DNA from: Schmidtea polychroa
Taxonomy: Eukaryota
Direction of reading: 5' to 3'
Assembly: GCA_044892525.1 (NCBI GenBank)
Contig: CM097885.1
Coordinates: forward strand, 38,876,001-38,940,000
Length of the DNA: 64,000 bases
Numbering within the stretch: position 1 is the stretch's first letter; the number at the start of each line of letters is the position of its first letter. Under the pieces are notes generated by a model, which was not told where the DNA came from, ran no database searches, and saw only the letters and a program-made list of their open reading frames with translations. The translations under genes and the position numbers were made by a program. Shown piece by piece: positions 14,301-30,540 of the stretch.

Positions 14301-15242
14301 AAGTGTTTAAATATGTTTAAATAACTAAATTTAAATTATTTAAATATAATTCTGATATAACTTTATTTCTTTCGTTTAATATCCATAAAGTAAGTAAATA
14401 AAGAATTCACTACAATATTTTAATTATTTTACTTAGTAATGAAGAAAATGAATTATATAATTATGAAGAAGATGAACCAGATAAAATGGTGAAACACTAA
14501 ATGACTTATGTTCTGGATTTAGAAATTTCTTATTAAAACATGAATTATAGAAGAAAATGAACCAGACAAAATGTTGAAACATTGCTATGTTCTGGATTTC
14601 TTAAATGAATTAGCTGATTGTTGGTGTCCTTCAACATGAATTATCAGACTTTAATTATGTAAACTTTCAACGAATGTCAAGAAAAATGGGAAAAACCGAT
14701 GTTTTAGCAATTAGATATTGTAAAGTACTACCTGAAGAATATTATTATTAATGTAAGACATGAATTAATTCTTTAAAATAAATATATTATATTTAGGTAT
14801 CTGTGTTTTATGGTGGGAATTGACATTGAAAAAGTATACCACAAATAACAGTTGCCTAAGAGTCAGGCAGAATTTAATTTGTGACGATAAAATGTTAGAT
14901 AATGTAAGTTAATTGCTTTTAAATCAATATAAATTTTAGCAATGATAGTTGACGCCGCATTAGAAACTAAGAAATACGTCCAATTTGCAAGATGTATTCC
15001 AAATGGCCCGATGGAGATGATAATTTTGAGATAGATTACCAGCAGAATAGCGAGAAACCTTTTGTAAATTAAATATAATAGGGTTGGGTGGGTCCTCTTT
15101 ATCCCTTATTTACAAGCTGATCGTCGTGGTGGGCGGTTGTAATCCAACTAGTGGGAGGCCTCTGTAAATATATATTTGTGTTAGTGAAAACATTAATTAA
15201 TTTGGTTATAGTGCCAATGACGCATGTATTTTGAAATTATAC

Positions 15243-16775
<1,533 letters not shown>

Positions 16776-16787
16776 TAAGTTTTATGA

Positions 16788-19700
16788 TTTTCGATTTTGA
16801 AAACGATTATCGGTTTCTTTATTTCACAAAACGATAATCGGTTTTGTTTGTCTTTTACATATTATACAGATAAATTGATAGCCGGGAATTTAATTTTGTT
16901 CATTGTTTACTACTGTATCCATTCAATTTTACCGACAGAAAGGGGCAGTTTTTTTCAACTCGTCAAAACTCCTTACAACGTGTTTGTACATGAGTCAATC
17001 TTTTCAATTATCCCATTCCTGTAACAACGGCAAGAGGTTGCTCTAGTATTCCAACATATCTCACCGACTGACCAGTTATTTGTCAGTTGATGTCCGTAAT
17101 CGGCAACCGCTGATTTGTTTTATACAGCCCCTGACAGGTACTGTGCCCATTAAATCTTTTAATCGGGACCAGCTGAGGCCAAGGTTGTGGTTGTGTGTTT
17201 TAGTATTTGCATTTTGCCGGTTTTGTTTGGCAACCTGATATTTGTTGCCGAAATCGGCCACCAAAGAGATGATTACTGCAGTCCATAACAGAAGCTTAGC
17301 TATTAACCCCCTTGACAGGGACTAGATGTGGCCGAGGTCGGCGATTTTGTGTTTAGTCCGTGAAGGTCTATTTTGCAATCTGATATCTTGGATCTGCGAA
17401 CCGGTTAAAAGTTTATTCTGGTTTTAACTTAAAACCAGAATAAACTGAATTGCATACCGCATCATCTTCATGAAAGCCAGATGTAAAGAGATCGAAAGAC
17501 ATGTGCCATTCCTCGAATCATAATGTTTGGTTGTTTACCCATTGAAATATGGAAGAGAGTTGGACACTAGGACAAACTTCAAGTTTGGGTGACGACCATT
17601 CTAAAATTTATTCAGTTTGTTGATCTTTTGACAATGTCTAAGAGGCTGTTCAGGTCGAAGTAAATTGATTTTCGGGATTTTAATTTATGACAAGATTTTG
17701 GAAAGTCCAATCCATGGTTCAAATCTACTATAAACATATAAACTGTTATATAATTTCCATTCATTCAGTTAGTTGCTCTTGTAGTAGCTGTTATTAATCC
17801 ATATAATTGAAAATTGCGGTTTAGTTTGAATATTACGTAATATTCAATAAACATTTTTTATATTATCTAAATCAATACAAAATCAGTTTAAATTTATGGG
17901 TTTCCGTATAAATAAGTCTGACGTCTGGGACAATTTTGATAAAATTTCGGCGACGATGGCACAATGTAAGCTCTGTGCACAGCAAATAAGTAGGAGTGGA
18001 GGTACTACGACTGGTTTGCATGCACATTTGCGTAGCAAACATGGTGGATTAACAACATCTTCAAATACTCAAACACGATTGACTGCATTGATTACAACAC
18101 AAAGAAATTGTCCGAGTAGTAAACAGGAAAAAGTTACGGCTGCTGTTGCGAGATTGATTTCCGAAAATATGTTGGCAATTTCGCTCGTGGAATCGAAATC
18201 CTTCCGTGAATTGATGGCGATAGTGGAGCCAGGATATCGTCCTCCGTGTCGTCAGACGATGACAGCACGACTAACAGCAATGAAAAATAATTTAGTGGTC
18301 AAAATGTCGAAATATATCCATGCAAATGTCAAGGACATTGCGATCACTACCGACATCTGGACTAGTGTCACCAATGAAGCTTATCTCAGTTTTACTGCAA
18401 GCTACATTGATACAGACTGGAATATGATGACGCCTGTTCTTGGAACAATTCTGATAACTCAACGCCACACACAAGCCGTCATTGCTGACCATCTATGTAG
18501 TATAGCTGATGAATGGTCAATAAAAGAAAAAATTGTTGCATGTGTCCATGATGGTGCATCCAACATCAATCATGCAGGCAATCTCAATGGATGGTTTGAC
18601 GTTCACTGTGCGGCGCATAAATTGCAACTTTGCATCAATAATGCAATGGGCTCCCATGTTGTCACGGATCATCAAATTTCCAAATGTATATCAGCTGCAG
18701 CACGACTAGTCGGACATTTCTCACATAGCCCAATGGCAGCGGGGGAGCTCCTGAAAAGACAGTTCTCCATGGACAAGGATAAAACGCCACTAAAACTTAT
18801 TCAGCACTGTAAGACTCGTTGGAACAGCGTCTATGACATGTTTGAACGACTAGTAGAACTGAGATGGCCAGTAGTTGCAGTATTGAGCGACAAAAACGTG
18901 GTGAAATTGAACGATGCCAAAACGTTGGGCATGAAAGACGATTATTGGCAACTGATGACTGAATTGCTCCCTGTTTTAAAAGCGTTGCAGATCGTGACGT
19001 CCGTCATGTCAGCCGAAAGCCAGCCATCAGACTCTTGTGTTTTTCCAATGTTATGGGGACTCGTGAAAATCATTTAACCATTAAAGAAGAAGATTCTGAC
19101 ATTATGGGTGAATTTAAGAGAGATCTTGCTAAGAATATTTCACGTCGTTTTGGATTAGAAAATAATGAAACAGCAAAAAACGAATGCGTTGTTGCATCAA
19201 TTCTCGATCCGATGTATAAGCATCTTCCTGGATTTCCGGACGATTTCAAAAGGCTGGCGTATGAAAATGTCCGTCATCTCATCAGACAGCTGCCAGATTG
19301 CCCCGAACAGCCGAAGACGAGTTGGGATGAAGATAACATGATCCCACCAACTAAAAGATCACGACCAAATCATGATGCAGTTATGTTTCTCCTTGGTGAT
19401 AGTGCAGCACAACAGGCGCCAGAGGAATCCGACTTTGAATATTACGTCAAATCATCATGGTCGACAAACTCAAGTGAAACAGCCCTGGAGTGGTGGAAAC
19501 ATAATATGAAACTTTTCCCCAAAACAGCTATTCTTGCCCGGAAGTTCTTATGCATTCCTGCAACCTCAGTGCAATCGGAACGATTATTTTCGGCCACTGG
19601 ACGTCTGATAACCAAGCTTCGTAACCGGCTCCTTCCAGATCATGCATAATCTTTGGTCTTTTTGAATATGAACCAGGACTTGTCTGATATTTAAAAATAA

Positions 19701-20095
19701 AATCGAATTTAGTACTTACTTTTAAATGTTTACACTTTGGAATCTTTGTTTTTGATATCTATGGTTTCGATATGTTTATGTTTAATTTTAAAATAAGGCC
19801 GCCGCAGCACCGGAAAGTTTTATTTTGATTTATACTTTAGTATATACAGGGAAAATTACCGAAGAAATTGAAAACAAATTTACTTATATGCTTTAACTTT
19901 TTACATAAACAGTCAGTTCATATTCTCCTTGTGTGTGGTATAAACTTTGAATAAAACTAATTATACTATACACGTGCGTGAATAGTAATAATGTAAGTAG
20001 CTTTGGTTATGCAAAGTGCAAACGATAATCGGTTTAAAATCGGATTTATACAAACGATAATCGGATTGCTCGAAAAACCGATATTAACAACCCTA
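16788..20095 (+). mobile_element. hAT (Ac/ZBED1-like) DNA transposon nested in E1, with the left terminus clipped
   Basis: The right end is ...CCGATATTAACAACCCTA (20095). Subterminal AAACGAT(A/T)ATCGG repeats occur at both ends, and a transposase lies inside. Confidence 0.88.
17896..19694 (+). pseudogene. hAT transposase (BED zinc finger, DDE core, C-terminal dimerisation domain), nearly intact
   Basis: Motifs VWDNF..CKLC..LHAHLRSKH, TTDIWTS, HDGASN, CAAHKLQL, TRWNS, WWK..FPK and SERLFS are present. There is one frameshift at ~19065-19077 and a premature TAA at 19647-19649, after which the frame continues SLVFLNMNQDLSDI*. Confidence 0.93.
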
Positions 20096-20653
20096 GTTTC
20101 GTATGTGCTGGTAGTTGACTACCCATGCTAGGCGTAATGTTCCGTACGGAAAACTATAATGCCAAGGTTCTTCTGACCCCACTTGGGGGAGGCACAGACG
20201 ACCCTTGTAGACGCGAACAAATATCCACCGTGTCTTTCAGGCACAGATATTTGGTCACTGCTCATTAGGCCTGGCAATACTAAATGCATAAACTTTGCCT
20301 TGTCCTCTCTTGTCTTGATTTTTATCGTTTAAATATTATTAAAAATAGTATTTGTTATAAGTTTTATTTACTAACCTTAATTAATATACCCTTGCGACAT
20401 GTTGAATGTGAGTAGTACCCTTGCTAGCAATACCCATAGGGGGACAGAATATTTTGTCGGATAGACTAGGAGTATATACACCCATGTTAAACAAGGTATG
20501 TGTATATAGAATGTGTGTGTGTAAAATTATCGCTCCTTATTGACAACTTCCTGTAAAGGCAAACACAGAATATTGCAAACATATAATAATTCTTTACCCC
20601 ATAACTTAGTGTGTTAAAATTATTTTAGGTTTTTGACTAATTATAATAATAAC

Positions 20654-20710
<57 letters not shown>

Positions 20711-20829
20711 GTTTAATGGGTTGTATGTGTAGAAAATATTTTAGGTTTTCACTAATATTGATAATAATAATTGTTAATGGGTTGTGTGTGTATGTGTAAA
20801 AATATTTTATGTTTTTGACTAATATTTGC

Positions 20830-20919
<90 letters not shown>

Positions 20920-21028
20920 GTTTAATGGGTTGTATGTGTGTAGAAAATATTTTAGGTTTTCACTAATATTGATAATAATAATTGTTAATGGGTTGTGTGT
21001 GTATGTGTAAAAATATTTTAGGTTTTTC

Positions 21029-21092
<64 letters not shown>

Positions 21093-21713
21093 TGAAATTG
21101 TATTTGAAAATAATTTGCGACATGTTGATTGTGATCTGTACCTTGTGACCAATACCCATAGGGGGACAGAATATCTTGTCGGATAAACTCGGAGTATATA
21201 TAATAATAATATTAATAATAATAATATTGATTAAAACTTTGAAAATAATTCTTTGAAAATAATACTTTGAACAATATTTGATGAAAATGTTCCTGAAATA
21301 ATCATGAAAATGTTGAAAATCGTGAAAATATTGAAAATGTAGAAAATTATGAAAATATTGATAATTATTAAAAAATGCAAATGATGAAAATGTTGAAAAT
21401 CATGATATTGACGTAGAAATTAAGTTTTATGAATATGTAAGTAAATAATAATAATGAAACTTCTAAAAAAAAATAATAATTAGAACTTTGCAGATAATAA
21501 TAATAATTCTTTGAAAATAACTTTGAAAATATTAATAATAATAATAAGATGAAAAACTTTCAAAATAACTGTAAAAATAATAATTTAAAATAATAATAAT
21601 AATAGTAAAGAAATATTGAAAAATATTGAAAAATATTAAAATATTCATGCAAATGATGAAAATGTTGAAAATCATGAAATTGATGTAGAAATTAAGTTTT
21701 ATGAATAATTGCA

Positions 21714-21759
<46 letters not shown>

Positions 21760-23869
21760 TTGATTAAAACTTTGAAAATAATAATAATAATAACATCTTT
21801 TGCGCGGGCGTTACTATTTTAAAAGAAAATATTGAAAATTCAAAAAATAATAATATGTAAGTAGGTAGATAGTAGCTCCCCGCAGCAATGACCCCCCCCC
21901 ACTATTTTACACTAAAATATTTAGAAAACAATCATCATAATATCAAATATGAAACTTCAATCAAAATAAGCTAATACTCGAATATATATCTTATAAAATA
22001 CAATCAAAATTAAATACTTCACAAATTTTAAGTAAAGTTTTTTATAAATTCTCAAATAAATGTTAACAAGATATTAATTTAATAATCATTATATACTTTT
22101 TAAACTTATTATTGGAATAAAACAATAGAATGATATTGAAAATATATACAATTTTAAAATATAATTAAAATTAAATTACATACTTTAAAAATTTAGTAAA
22201 ATGTTGGTAAAATACCATTCACAGCTTGTTATGTAATAAATAGGTTGCGGCTTGTTATGTAATAAACTAGTCACGGCTTGTTACGTAATAAAATAGTTTA
22301 AATTATATATCCTCCTCACTTATATTCATTATTATTCTCTACTATTTAATCCCTATATTACCCCCGATTCCCGATTTTCCATTAATTATTCACTTATATT
22401 CCCCACCCTCGATATTTAATCAATTATATTCCACCAATTTTGATTAATTATTCCTCACAAATATTTGTTTTTTTTATTAAATTTATGAATTTTATGAAAT
22501 AATTTTAAATAAATTAATATACTTCCATTCTTATCAAGCTTCTTCTTATCTATGCCCATTCAATGATCCATTATTGAATTATTCTACCAATTATTTTCAC
22601 CCATTTGAATTTATCATCGAGTAATTTCCTCATTTTAATGAAGATTCTTACCACCTTCATTGTTAATTTTATCAAAGTTTAAAGAATATTTCTCTTTTCA
22701 TTGCTTACCACTTTAGAATTTTTATCGAAATTTATGATAATTTTACTGATTCAATGAAGAATGAGTTAATTAATATATACTCTGAGTTTATCCGACAAAA
22801 TATTCTGTCCCCCTATGGGTATTGCTCACAAGGGTACTACTCACATTCAACATGTCGCAAGGGTACTTTTAATACTTTTATTTGAATGGTTATTTAGGCA
22901 AATTTGTTGTTTAAGGTATTGATAATTTTTAGAGTTGATGGTTTTATTCAAGTAAATTTCTATCTTTTTTGTGAATTTTTATCAATTTTGTGAATTTCTT
23001 TGATTTTTGTAAATTTCTATTATTTTTGCAGATTTCTATCATTTTCATGAATTTTTATCATTTTTGTGAATTTCTTTGATTTTTGTAAATTTCTATTATT
23101 TTTGTGGATTTCATGATTATTGAATGAATATTTAATAATTCAAAGTTAGTTCTAAGATAAATTTAATTAATTTCTTGATAATTGGATGTATTTTTAATGA
23201 CTTGTTTTTTTTTTTTTAATTTTAAATAAAAATTATTTTCAATGAGGTTAATAATTAGAGTTTTTACAATAATCAAGTGATATGATAAATTTTTTATGAG
23301 GATATTGAACAATTTTCTAAAACTTTCATGTTGACTGATAAATTTAATTGATAAATTTAATTAATTTCTTGATAATTAGTTGTATTTTATTGAATAGTTT
23401 TTAAATAAAAATTAATTTCATTGACAATTAGGTTAATAATTAAGTGATTTTTGATGACTTTGTAATGTATTTGACTAAATAATTTTTCAATAATTTTCTA
23501 AAAATAATTTTCTAAGAATATTTACACATTGATGCACTTTAAAAAACATAAGCTAAGAAACCAGTTAACTTTATCAAGGACTTTAAATTTACGTGATAAT
23601 TATTGTAGGATATACAGAAATTTAGTTTGCTGTTATTGCTTGAAAATGATTGGTTGAATAGCTGAAGAATTATGATCAAACAATATATATCATCTCCAGT
23701 ATTTGATGGTAAATATTTGTAGAAAATTTAGTGAATTTTGATCTTTTAATGGGCTCTTATTATTTGTCTGGTTCTATAACAATTAATTAAAAGTTATATT
23801 TTTGAAGTTCTCTGAGGATTTTAAGAGGATTGATATATATTAAAGGGCTCAAGTGGGTGAAATCATTAG

Positions 23870-24180
23870 GGAAAATAAGGGATATAATCGGATAGATGTT
23901 TAAAAGGGTAGAAATATTTGGTGAGAGATCGGTTAAGATGGGATATTGTTGGTTAAATTTAATGAGGGATGGGTTAAGATGGGAAAATATGATCTTTTGA
24001 GGGAGATATAGTCGGTTAGATTTAATGATGGATGGGTTAAGATGGAAATAGATCATTGTAAGGGAGATAGTCGATTGAATTTAATAAGAAATCGGTTAAG
24101 ATGGGAATATATCATTGTAAGGGAGATATAGTCGGTTGCTTTTAATGAAGGATGGGTTAAGATGGGAATATATGATTTTA
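23870..24180. repeat. Degenerate ~55-60-bp tandem repeat (GGTTAAGATGGGA... units) in E3
   Basis: GGTTAAGATGG and GGGAGATATAGTCGG recur along the segment. Confidence 0.75.
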
Positions 24181-24744
24181 TTTTAATGGTGATGTTGGTA
24201 AAATATCATTGTTTTAAGGGAAATGTCAATACATTAGTCAGTTATGTATCAATAATAATTATATCGTTTTATTAGATTGTGATTAATTCATAGTAAATTA
24301 TTTTTGAACAATATTTTATTAAGTAGGGATAATGATCGATTTACTTGGTTTTGACGATGAAAACTTTACAGATAATTTGGATTGATATCAACTTTAAATT
24401 ATTTTTATCTTTATTTAGACGGACAACGACAAAAGTTGAGAAATATTGATTTAAAACATCGACAACTAAATAAAATTGATCTTTATTGGAAGAAATCTTG
24501 ATTTTAATTAGTAATTAAATCGGTTGAATATCGGTAAAATGATCATTTGAAGAAATATATTTTATTGAATGGATAAATTTAATCTTTCAATGGGACCTAG
24601 TCAGTTATATTTATTTTAAATTTCGAGTACAATGATTTACAAAAATTTACAGTGATTAACAAAAATTTTATTATAACCGGTTTTGTCATTAGATTTTATA
24701 AATTCTTTAAGGTTAATGATTTTACATGTTTTATAAGGAAATAT

Positions 24745-25090
24745 TCGTGATAATAAGAATTAAAGTTAGAATTATAGTCATTTGAAGGGATTTTAAGCAA
24801 TCTTATTAGTCAGAGGTAAATATATAACCTTTTAAGGATATTTATCGATAAAATACTAATCTTTAAAGATATAGTTATTTCAGGGAAATTTGATGCTTTT
24901 TAGATGATTTTAGTGAAATATTTGTAATAATACGAATTAAGGGTAGAAATATAGTCATTTGAGGGATTTTAAGGAATCTTGTTAGTTCGAGGTGAATATA
25001 TGATCTTTAACAAGTACTTATCGATAAGATATCAATCTTTAAATATTGATATATTTCAGGGAAATTTGATGCTTTTTAGATGATTTTATT
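24745..25090. repeat. Two-copy ~180-bp tandem duplication in E3
   Basis: ATAGTCATTTGA..GGATTTTAAG..CAGGGAAATTTGATGCTTTTTAGATGATTTTA occurs twice. Confidence 0.8.
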
Positions 25091-26444
25091 AGAGAATTCG
25101 CTTGAATATACCAATTATTTAAATAAATTTACTGGTTTGTTAGATGTTATCATTAGTTATCTAGTCTCTTTTGGAATTTAATGATAATTATTTTTATTGT
25201 AGATTGCTGACTTTGATAATTTTAATGAATTCATACTGATTTTTTGAATATATTGAGGAATTAGTAAATAGATTTGAGTACATGTATTACTTTTAAAAAA
25301 ATACTTAAAATTAATTTTATTTCAAATAATTTATTCAATCTAAATCAATTATCTACTAGATCTTATCTTATTAATTTATTATCTTAGTTGATTCAACTTG
25401 AATGATCAATATTTTTTTTATTTACTTGATGACTAGAATTTTTTCCTGTCCATTAATTAAATTTTTATGATATTTATTTCGAATATTTTAAATTTTTACA
25501 ATAATTTAATCAATTTTTACCTAGTTATTGATGCCTTGAGTTCAATTAATTTTCCATCTAATTTTTCAAGTGATGAGTATTTTTCTTTTAAAGATCAATT
25601 TGTTAGTACATAGTTGTTGGTTGTAAGTAGTTGGTTGACTTTTTAGATTTTGATAAGAAAATAGTGTATGCGATGAAGAATAATTTTTTATTTAATTGCT
25701 ATTATTTTTATGTGTTGTTAGTTGATTGTTGGTACTAAGTTGTTGGTATCTTGTATTTGGTAGTTGGTACAGTGTTGTTTATTGATTGTTGTTATATAGT
25801 TGTAGGTTGATATTTGTTAATTTCTTGATGGGTTTTGATGGTGGTTGTTAGTAGTTGGTATCTGGTTGATAGCTTGTTGATAGTACTTAGTAACTAGTTA
25901 ATGGGTAGGTTGTGGTTGAGTGTTACCAATACCCCTACGACTAGTACCTTTACGACCAGTACCCTTGCGACCAGTACCCTTAGGGGTCAAAACATCCTGT
26001 CGGATAAACTCAGAGTATATATAATGAAACTGATCAACAATAAGTATTTATTGAATGCGATTTTTACATTGCAATAATAAGTCAGTAGTTATCATTTAAA
26101 AGAAGAATGTTTTGTAAATTAGAATTCATTAGTCTTTCATTGTAATTTAAATTATTTTGAGTTTCACGTGGTGATGAGTTGTGGTTTTTTGATGAAAATC
26201 AACATTTTTGTTAAATTTGAAAAGGTTTTTCTAATGATTGTAATTAAATATATTTTTGTAGATAGATAAAAAATTAATTTAAAAAGCATTTCATAAAATA
26301 CAGTGAAGAATATTTAGTAGTTAGTTGTAAGTATCTGGTTGTTTGAGAGTTAGTTAGTACATGGTATCTAGTTGTAAGTATTTGGTACTTATTTGTCAGC
26401 ACCTAGTTAAAAATATTTAATAACCGATTGTTGGTAACTGTTGA

Positions 26445-26490
<46 letters not shown>

Positions 26491-26954
26491 CATTTAAATT
26501 TTCATTAAAAATTACATTTCTCAAAAAAGTTGGTGGTTATTCAATCTTTTGATAATAAATTTAAAAATCTTAGTTTAATTTACTTATTACATTACTTTAA
26601 TTTACTCATTTAGCTTTAATTTAAAATTTAAACCATTGTTTTCTTTAATTTAAAATTTTGAACCTTAATTTACTTATTTAAAATTTTTAACTTTAATTTA
26701 CTTATCCTTCATTTACCTATTTATCCTTTATTTCTTAATTTAACAACTAAATATAATCCTTATTTTCATATTTAACTAATAATTTCACGTGGTCATTGAT
26801 TAATAGACGAAGATTTGCATCTAAAATTAACATTGAAAATCCCAGAAAACTTTCATCTTAAATTGACTTTAACTTTAATATTTTAGACCCTTGATTAGTT
26901 AATTTAAAAATTAAATATTAATTTACTTATTTAACCAATAATTTCATGTGGTCA

Positions 26955-28680
26955 TCTGGTTGTCAGTGCTTGGTATCTAGTTGACAGTGCTTAGTACCTG
27001 GTTGTTAGTTGATTGTTGGTACTTGGTAGGTGGTAGCTAGTTGTTAGCTGGTTGTTGTTGGTTGTTAGTACTTGGTAGGTGGTAGTTAGTTGTTAGTACT
27101 TGGTAGGTGGTAATTAATGCTTAGTATTTGGTTGTTGTCGGTTGTTGGTACTTAGTAGGTGGTTGTAGGTACTTGGTAGGTGGTAGTTAGTTGTTAGCTG
27201 GTTGTTGTTGGTTGTTAGTACTTGGTAGGTGGTAGTTAGTTGTTAGTACTTGGTAGGTGGTAATTAATGCTTAGTATTTGGTTGTTGTCGGTTGTTGGTA
27301 CTTAGTAGGTGGTTGTAGGTACTTAGTAGCAGGTAACTGGTTGTTAGTACTTGGTATCTAGTACCTAGTTAGCTGGTTGTAGCTAGTTAATGGGTAGGTG
27401 GTTGTAGGTACTTAGTAGTTGGTAACTGGTTGTAAGTATCTGGTTGTTTGAGAGTTAGTTAGTGCGTGGTATCTAGTTGTAAGTACTTGCTATCAGGTAA
27501 CTAGTTGTTAGTAACTAGTTGTAGGTAATTAATGCTTAGTAGTTGGTAACTGGTTGTTAGTACTTGGTATCTAGTACCTAGTTAGCTGGTTGTAGCTAGT
27601 TAATGGGTAGGTGGTTGTAGGTACTTAGTAGTTGGTAACTGGTTGTAAGTATCTGGTTGTTTGAGATTTAGTTAGTGCGTGGTATCTAGTTGTAAGTACT
27701 TGCTATCAGGTAACTAGTTGTTAGTAACTAGTTGTAGGTAATTAATGCTTAGTAGTTGGTAACTGGTTGTTAGTACTTGGTATCTAGTACCTAGTTAGCT
27801 GGTTGTAGCTAGTTAATGGGTAGGTGGTAGCTAGTTAATTGGTAGGTGGTAGCTAGTTGGTTGTAGGTACTTGGTATCTAGTTGATGATGCTTGGTACCT
27901 AGTTGGTTGCTTGTTTTTGGTTGTTAGTACTTGGTAGTTGGTTGGTTGCTGTTAGTTGGTTGTAGTTAATTAATGCTTAGTAGTTGGTAACTGGTTGTTA
28001 GTACTTGGTAGGTGGTAGCTAGTTGGTTGTAGGTACTTAGTAGCAGGTAACTGGTTGTAGCTAGTTAATGGGTAGGTGGTTGTAGGTACTTAGTAGTTGG
28101 TAACTGGTTGTAGCTAGTTAATGGGTAGGTGGTTGTAGGTACTTAGTAGTTGGTAATTAATGCTTAGTACCTGGTTGATGTTGGTTAATAATGCTTAGTA
28201 CCTGGTTGATGTTGGTTAATAATGCTTAGTACTAGGTTGTTGTCGGTTGTGAGTACTTGGTATCTAGTACCTAGTTGGTTGGTTGTTTTTGGTTGATAGT
28301 ACTTGGTATCTAGTTGTAGGTTGTAGCTAGGTAATTGGTAGGTGGTTGTATGTACTTGGTAGTTAGTTGTAAGTACTTGGTACCTAGTTGGTTGGTTGTT
28401 TTGTTGTATGTACTTGGTATCAGGTAACTAGTTGTAGGTATCTGGTTGGTAATACATGTTCGTAAGTTACTGGTTGTTGGTACTTAGTAGGTGGTTAATA
28501 ATGCTTAGTACCTGGTTGTTGTTGGTTGTATGTACTTGGTAGTTAGTTGTTAGTACTTGGTACCTAGTTGGTTGCATGTTTTTGGTTGTTGGTACTTGGT
28601 ATCAGGTAACTGGTTGTAGGTATCTGGTTGGTAATACATGTTCGTAAGTTACTGGTTGTTGGTACTAAGTTGTTGATTTG
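26955..28680. repeat. Strand-skewed G/T-rich minisatellite with higher-order units (150 bp x2, 213 bp x~2.5)
   Basis: It is built from GGTTGT/AGTAG/GGTACTT words. Repeat starts are at 27018/27168 and at 27332/27545/27758. Confidence 0.88.
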
Positions 28681-28899
28681 TTGTTGAATTATTATTAAAA
28701 TTTGTCTTTGAAAAATATTTCATAAAAATTTTCAATAAAAATTATCTTAAAAATTTCCATCTAAAATTATCATTGAAAAATATTTCTTAGAAATGTCCAT
28801 TAAAAATTAACTTAAAAAATTATTCCATAAAAATTTTCATAAAAAATTTCAATTCTCAAACACCTTCAACTTTTTGTTAATAAATTTTAAAATCTTACT

Positions 28900-29610
28900 T
28901 TAATTTACTTATTTAAAATTTTTTACCATTGATTACTTAATTTAAAAATTATTACTTTAATTTACTTATTTAAAATTTTTTACCATTGATTACTTAATTT
29001 TAAAATTTGGACCTTAATTAACTTTAATTTAATTTTTAGAACCTAAATTTACTTTAATTTTAAAATTTGGACCATAATTTACTTTAATTTAATTTTTAGA
29101 ACCATAATTTACTGTAATTCAAAATTTGGACCATAATTTACTGTATTTGAAAAATTTAGAACCATAATTTACTTTTAATTTAATTTTTAGAACCATAATT
29201 TACTTTAATTCAAAAATTTGGACCATAATTTACTGTAATTTAATTTTTTAGGACCATTATTACCTTATTTGAAAATTTGAGCCATAATTTACTTTATTTG
29301 AAAAAATTTGGACCATAATTTACTTTATTTTAATTTTTTTAGAACCTTAATTTACTTTAATTCAATTTTTAGAACCATAATTTACTTTAATTTAAATTTT
29401 TGGACCATAATTTACTTTAATTTAAATTTTTGGACCATAATTTACTTTAATTTAATTTTTAGAACCATAATTTACTTTTAATTTAATTTTTTAGGACCAT
29501 AATTTACTGTAATTCAAAAATTTTGACCATAATTTACTGTAATTTAATTTTTTAGGACCATAATTTACTTTAATTTAATTTTTAGAACCATTATTTACTT
29601 TAATTGAAAA
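28900..29610. repeat. ~31-bp AT-rich tandem repeat (G(A/G)ACCATAATTTACTTTAATTTAATTTTTA)
   Basis: About 20 consecutive units are read directly. Confidence 0.9.
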
Positions 29611-29614
29611 ATTT

Positions 29615-30540
29615 ACCACGTTTTTTAGTGTAGACCACCTATTTCTCAGGACCAAGGAGACTCACCTCACTATAGTCTGAAAATACCTTGGCTTTTTTAG
29701 TGTAGACCACCTATTTGTATTGAAAATATCCTGAGACCTTAAATTACCATGCTTTTTAGTGTAGACCAGCTTTTTGTATTGAAAATATCCCGAGACCTTA
29801 AATTACCAGGTTTTTTAGTGTAGACCACCTATTTCTCAGGACCAAGGAGACTCACCTCACTATAGTCTGAAAAATCCTTGGCTTTTTTAGTGTAGACCAC
29901 CTATTTGTATTGAAAATATCCTGAGACCTTAAATTACCATGCTTTTTTAGTGTAGACCAGCTTTTTGTATTGAAAATATCCCGAGACCTTAAATTACCAG
30001 GTTTTTTAGTGTAGACCACCTATTTCTCAGGACCAAGGAGACTCACCTCACTATGGCGTGATAAATCCTTGGCTTTTTTATTGATAGTAGGATTTTTGTA
30101 TAGAAAAAAATTTTTTGTATTGAAAATCCCAGGACCATCGAGACCCCCTCACTATAGTGTGAAAATTCCATGCTTTTTTAGTGGTAGTCGGATTTTTGTA
30201 TTGAAAATATCCTGAGAACTTAAATTACCACGTTTTTTAGTCTAGACCACCTATTTCTCAGGACCAAGGAGACCCACCTCACTATAGTCTGAAAAATTCT
30301 ATGCTTTTTTAGTGAGACCGCCTTTTTGTATTGAAAAAATTTTATTTGTATTGAAAATCCCAGGACCATCGTTTTTGTATAGAAAAAATTTTTTTGTATT
30401 GAAAATCCCAGGACCATCGTTTTTGTATAGAAAAAATTTTTTTGTATTGAAAATTCCAGGACCATCGTTTTTGTATTGAAAAAATTTTTTTGTATTGAAA
30501 ATCCCAGGACCATCGAGACCCCCTCACTATAGTCTGAAAA
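29615..30540. repeat. ~190-bp higher-order repeat (three ~60-70-bp subunits) followed by 48-bp repeats at E3's right subterminus
   Basis: GTGTAGACCACCTATTTCTCAGGACC occurs at 29628, 29818 and 30009. GTATTGAAAATCCCAGGACCATCG units follow at ~30348-30515. Confidence 0.88.

Noticed and set aside
29655..30535. CTCACTATAG, resembling the core of a T7 promoter
   Set aside because: The upstream TAATACGA is absent and the 10-mer is part of a tandem repeat unit, so this is a chance match rather than vector contamination.
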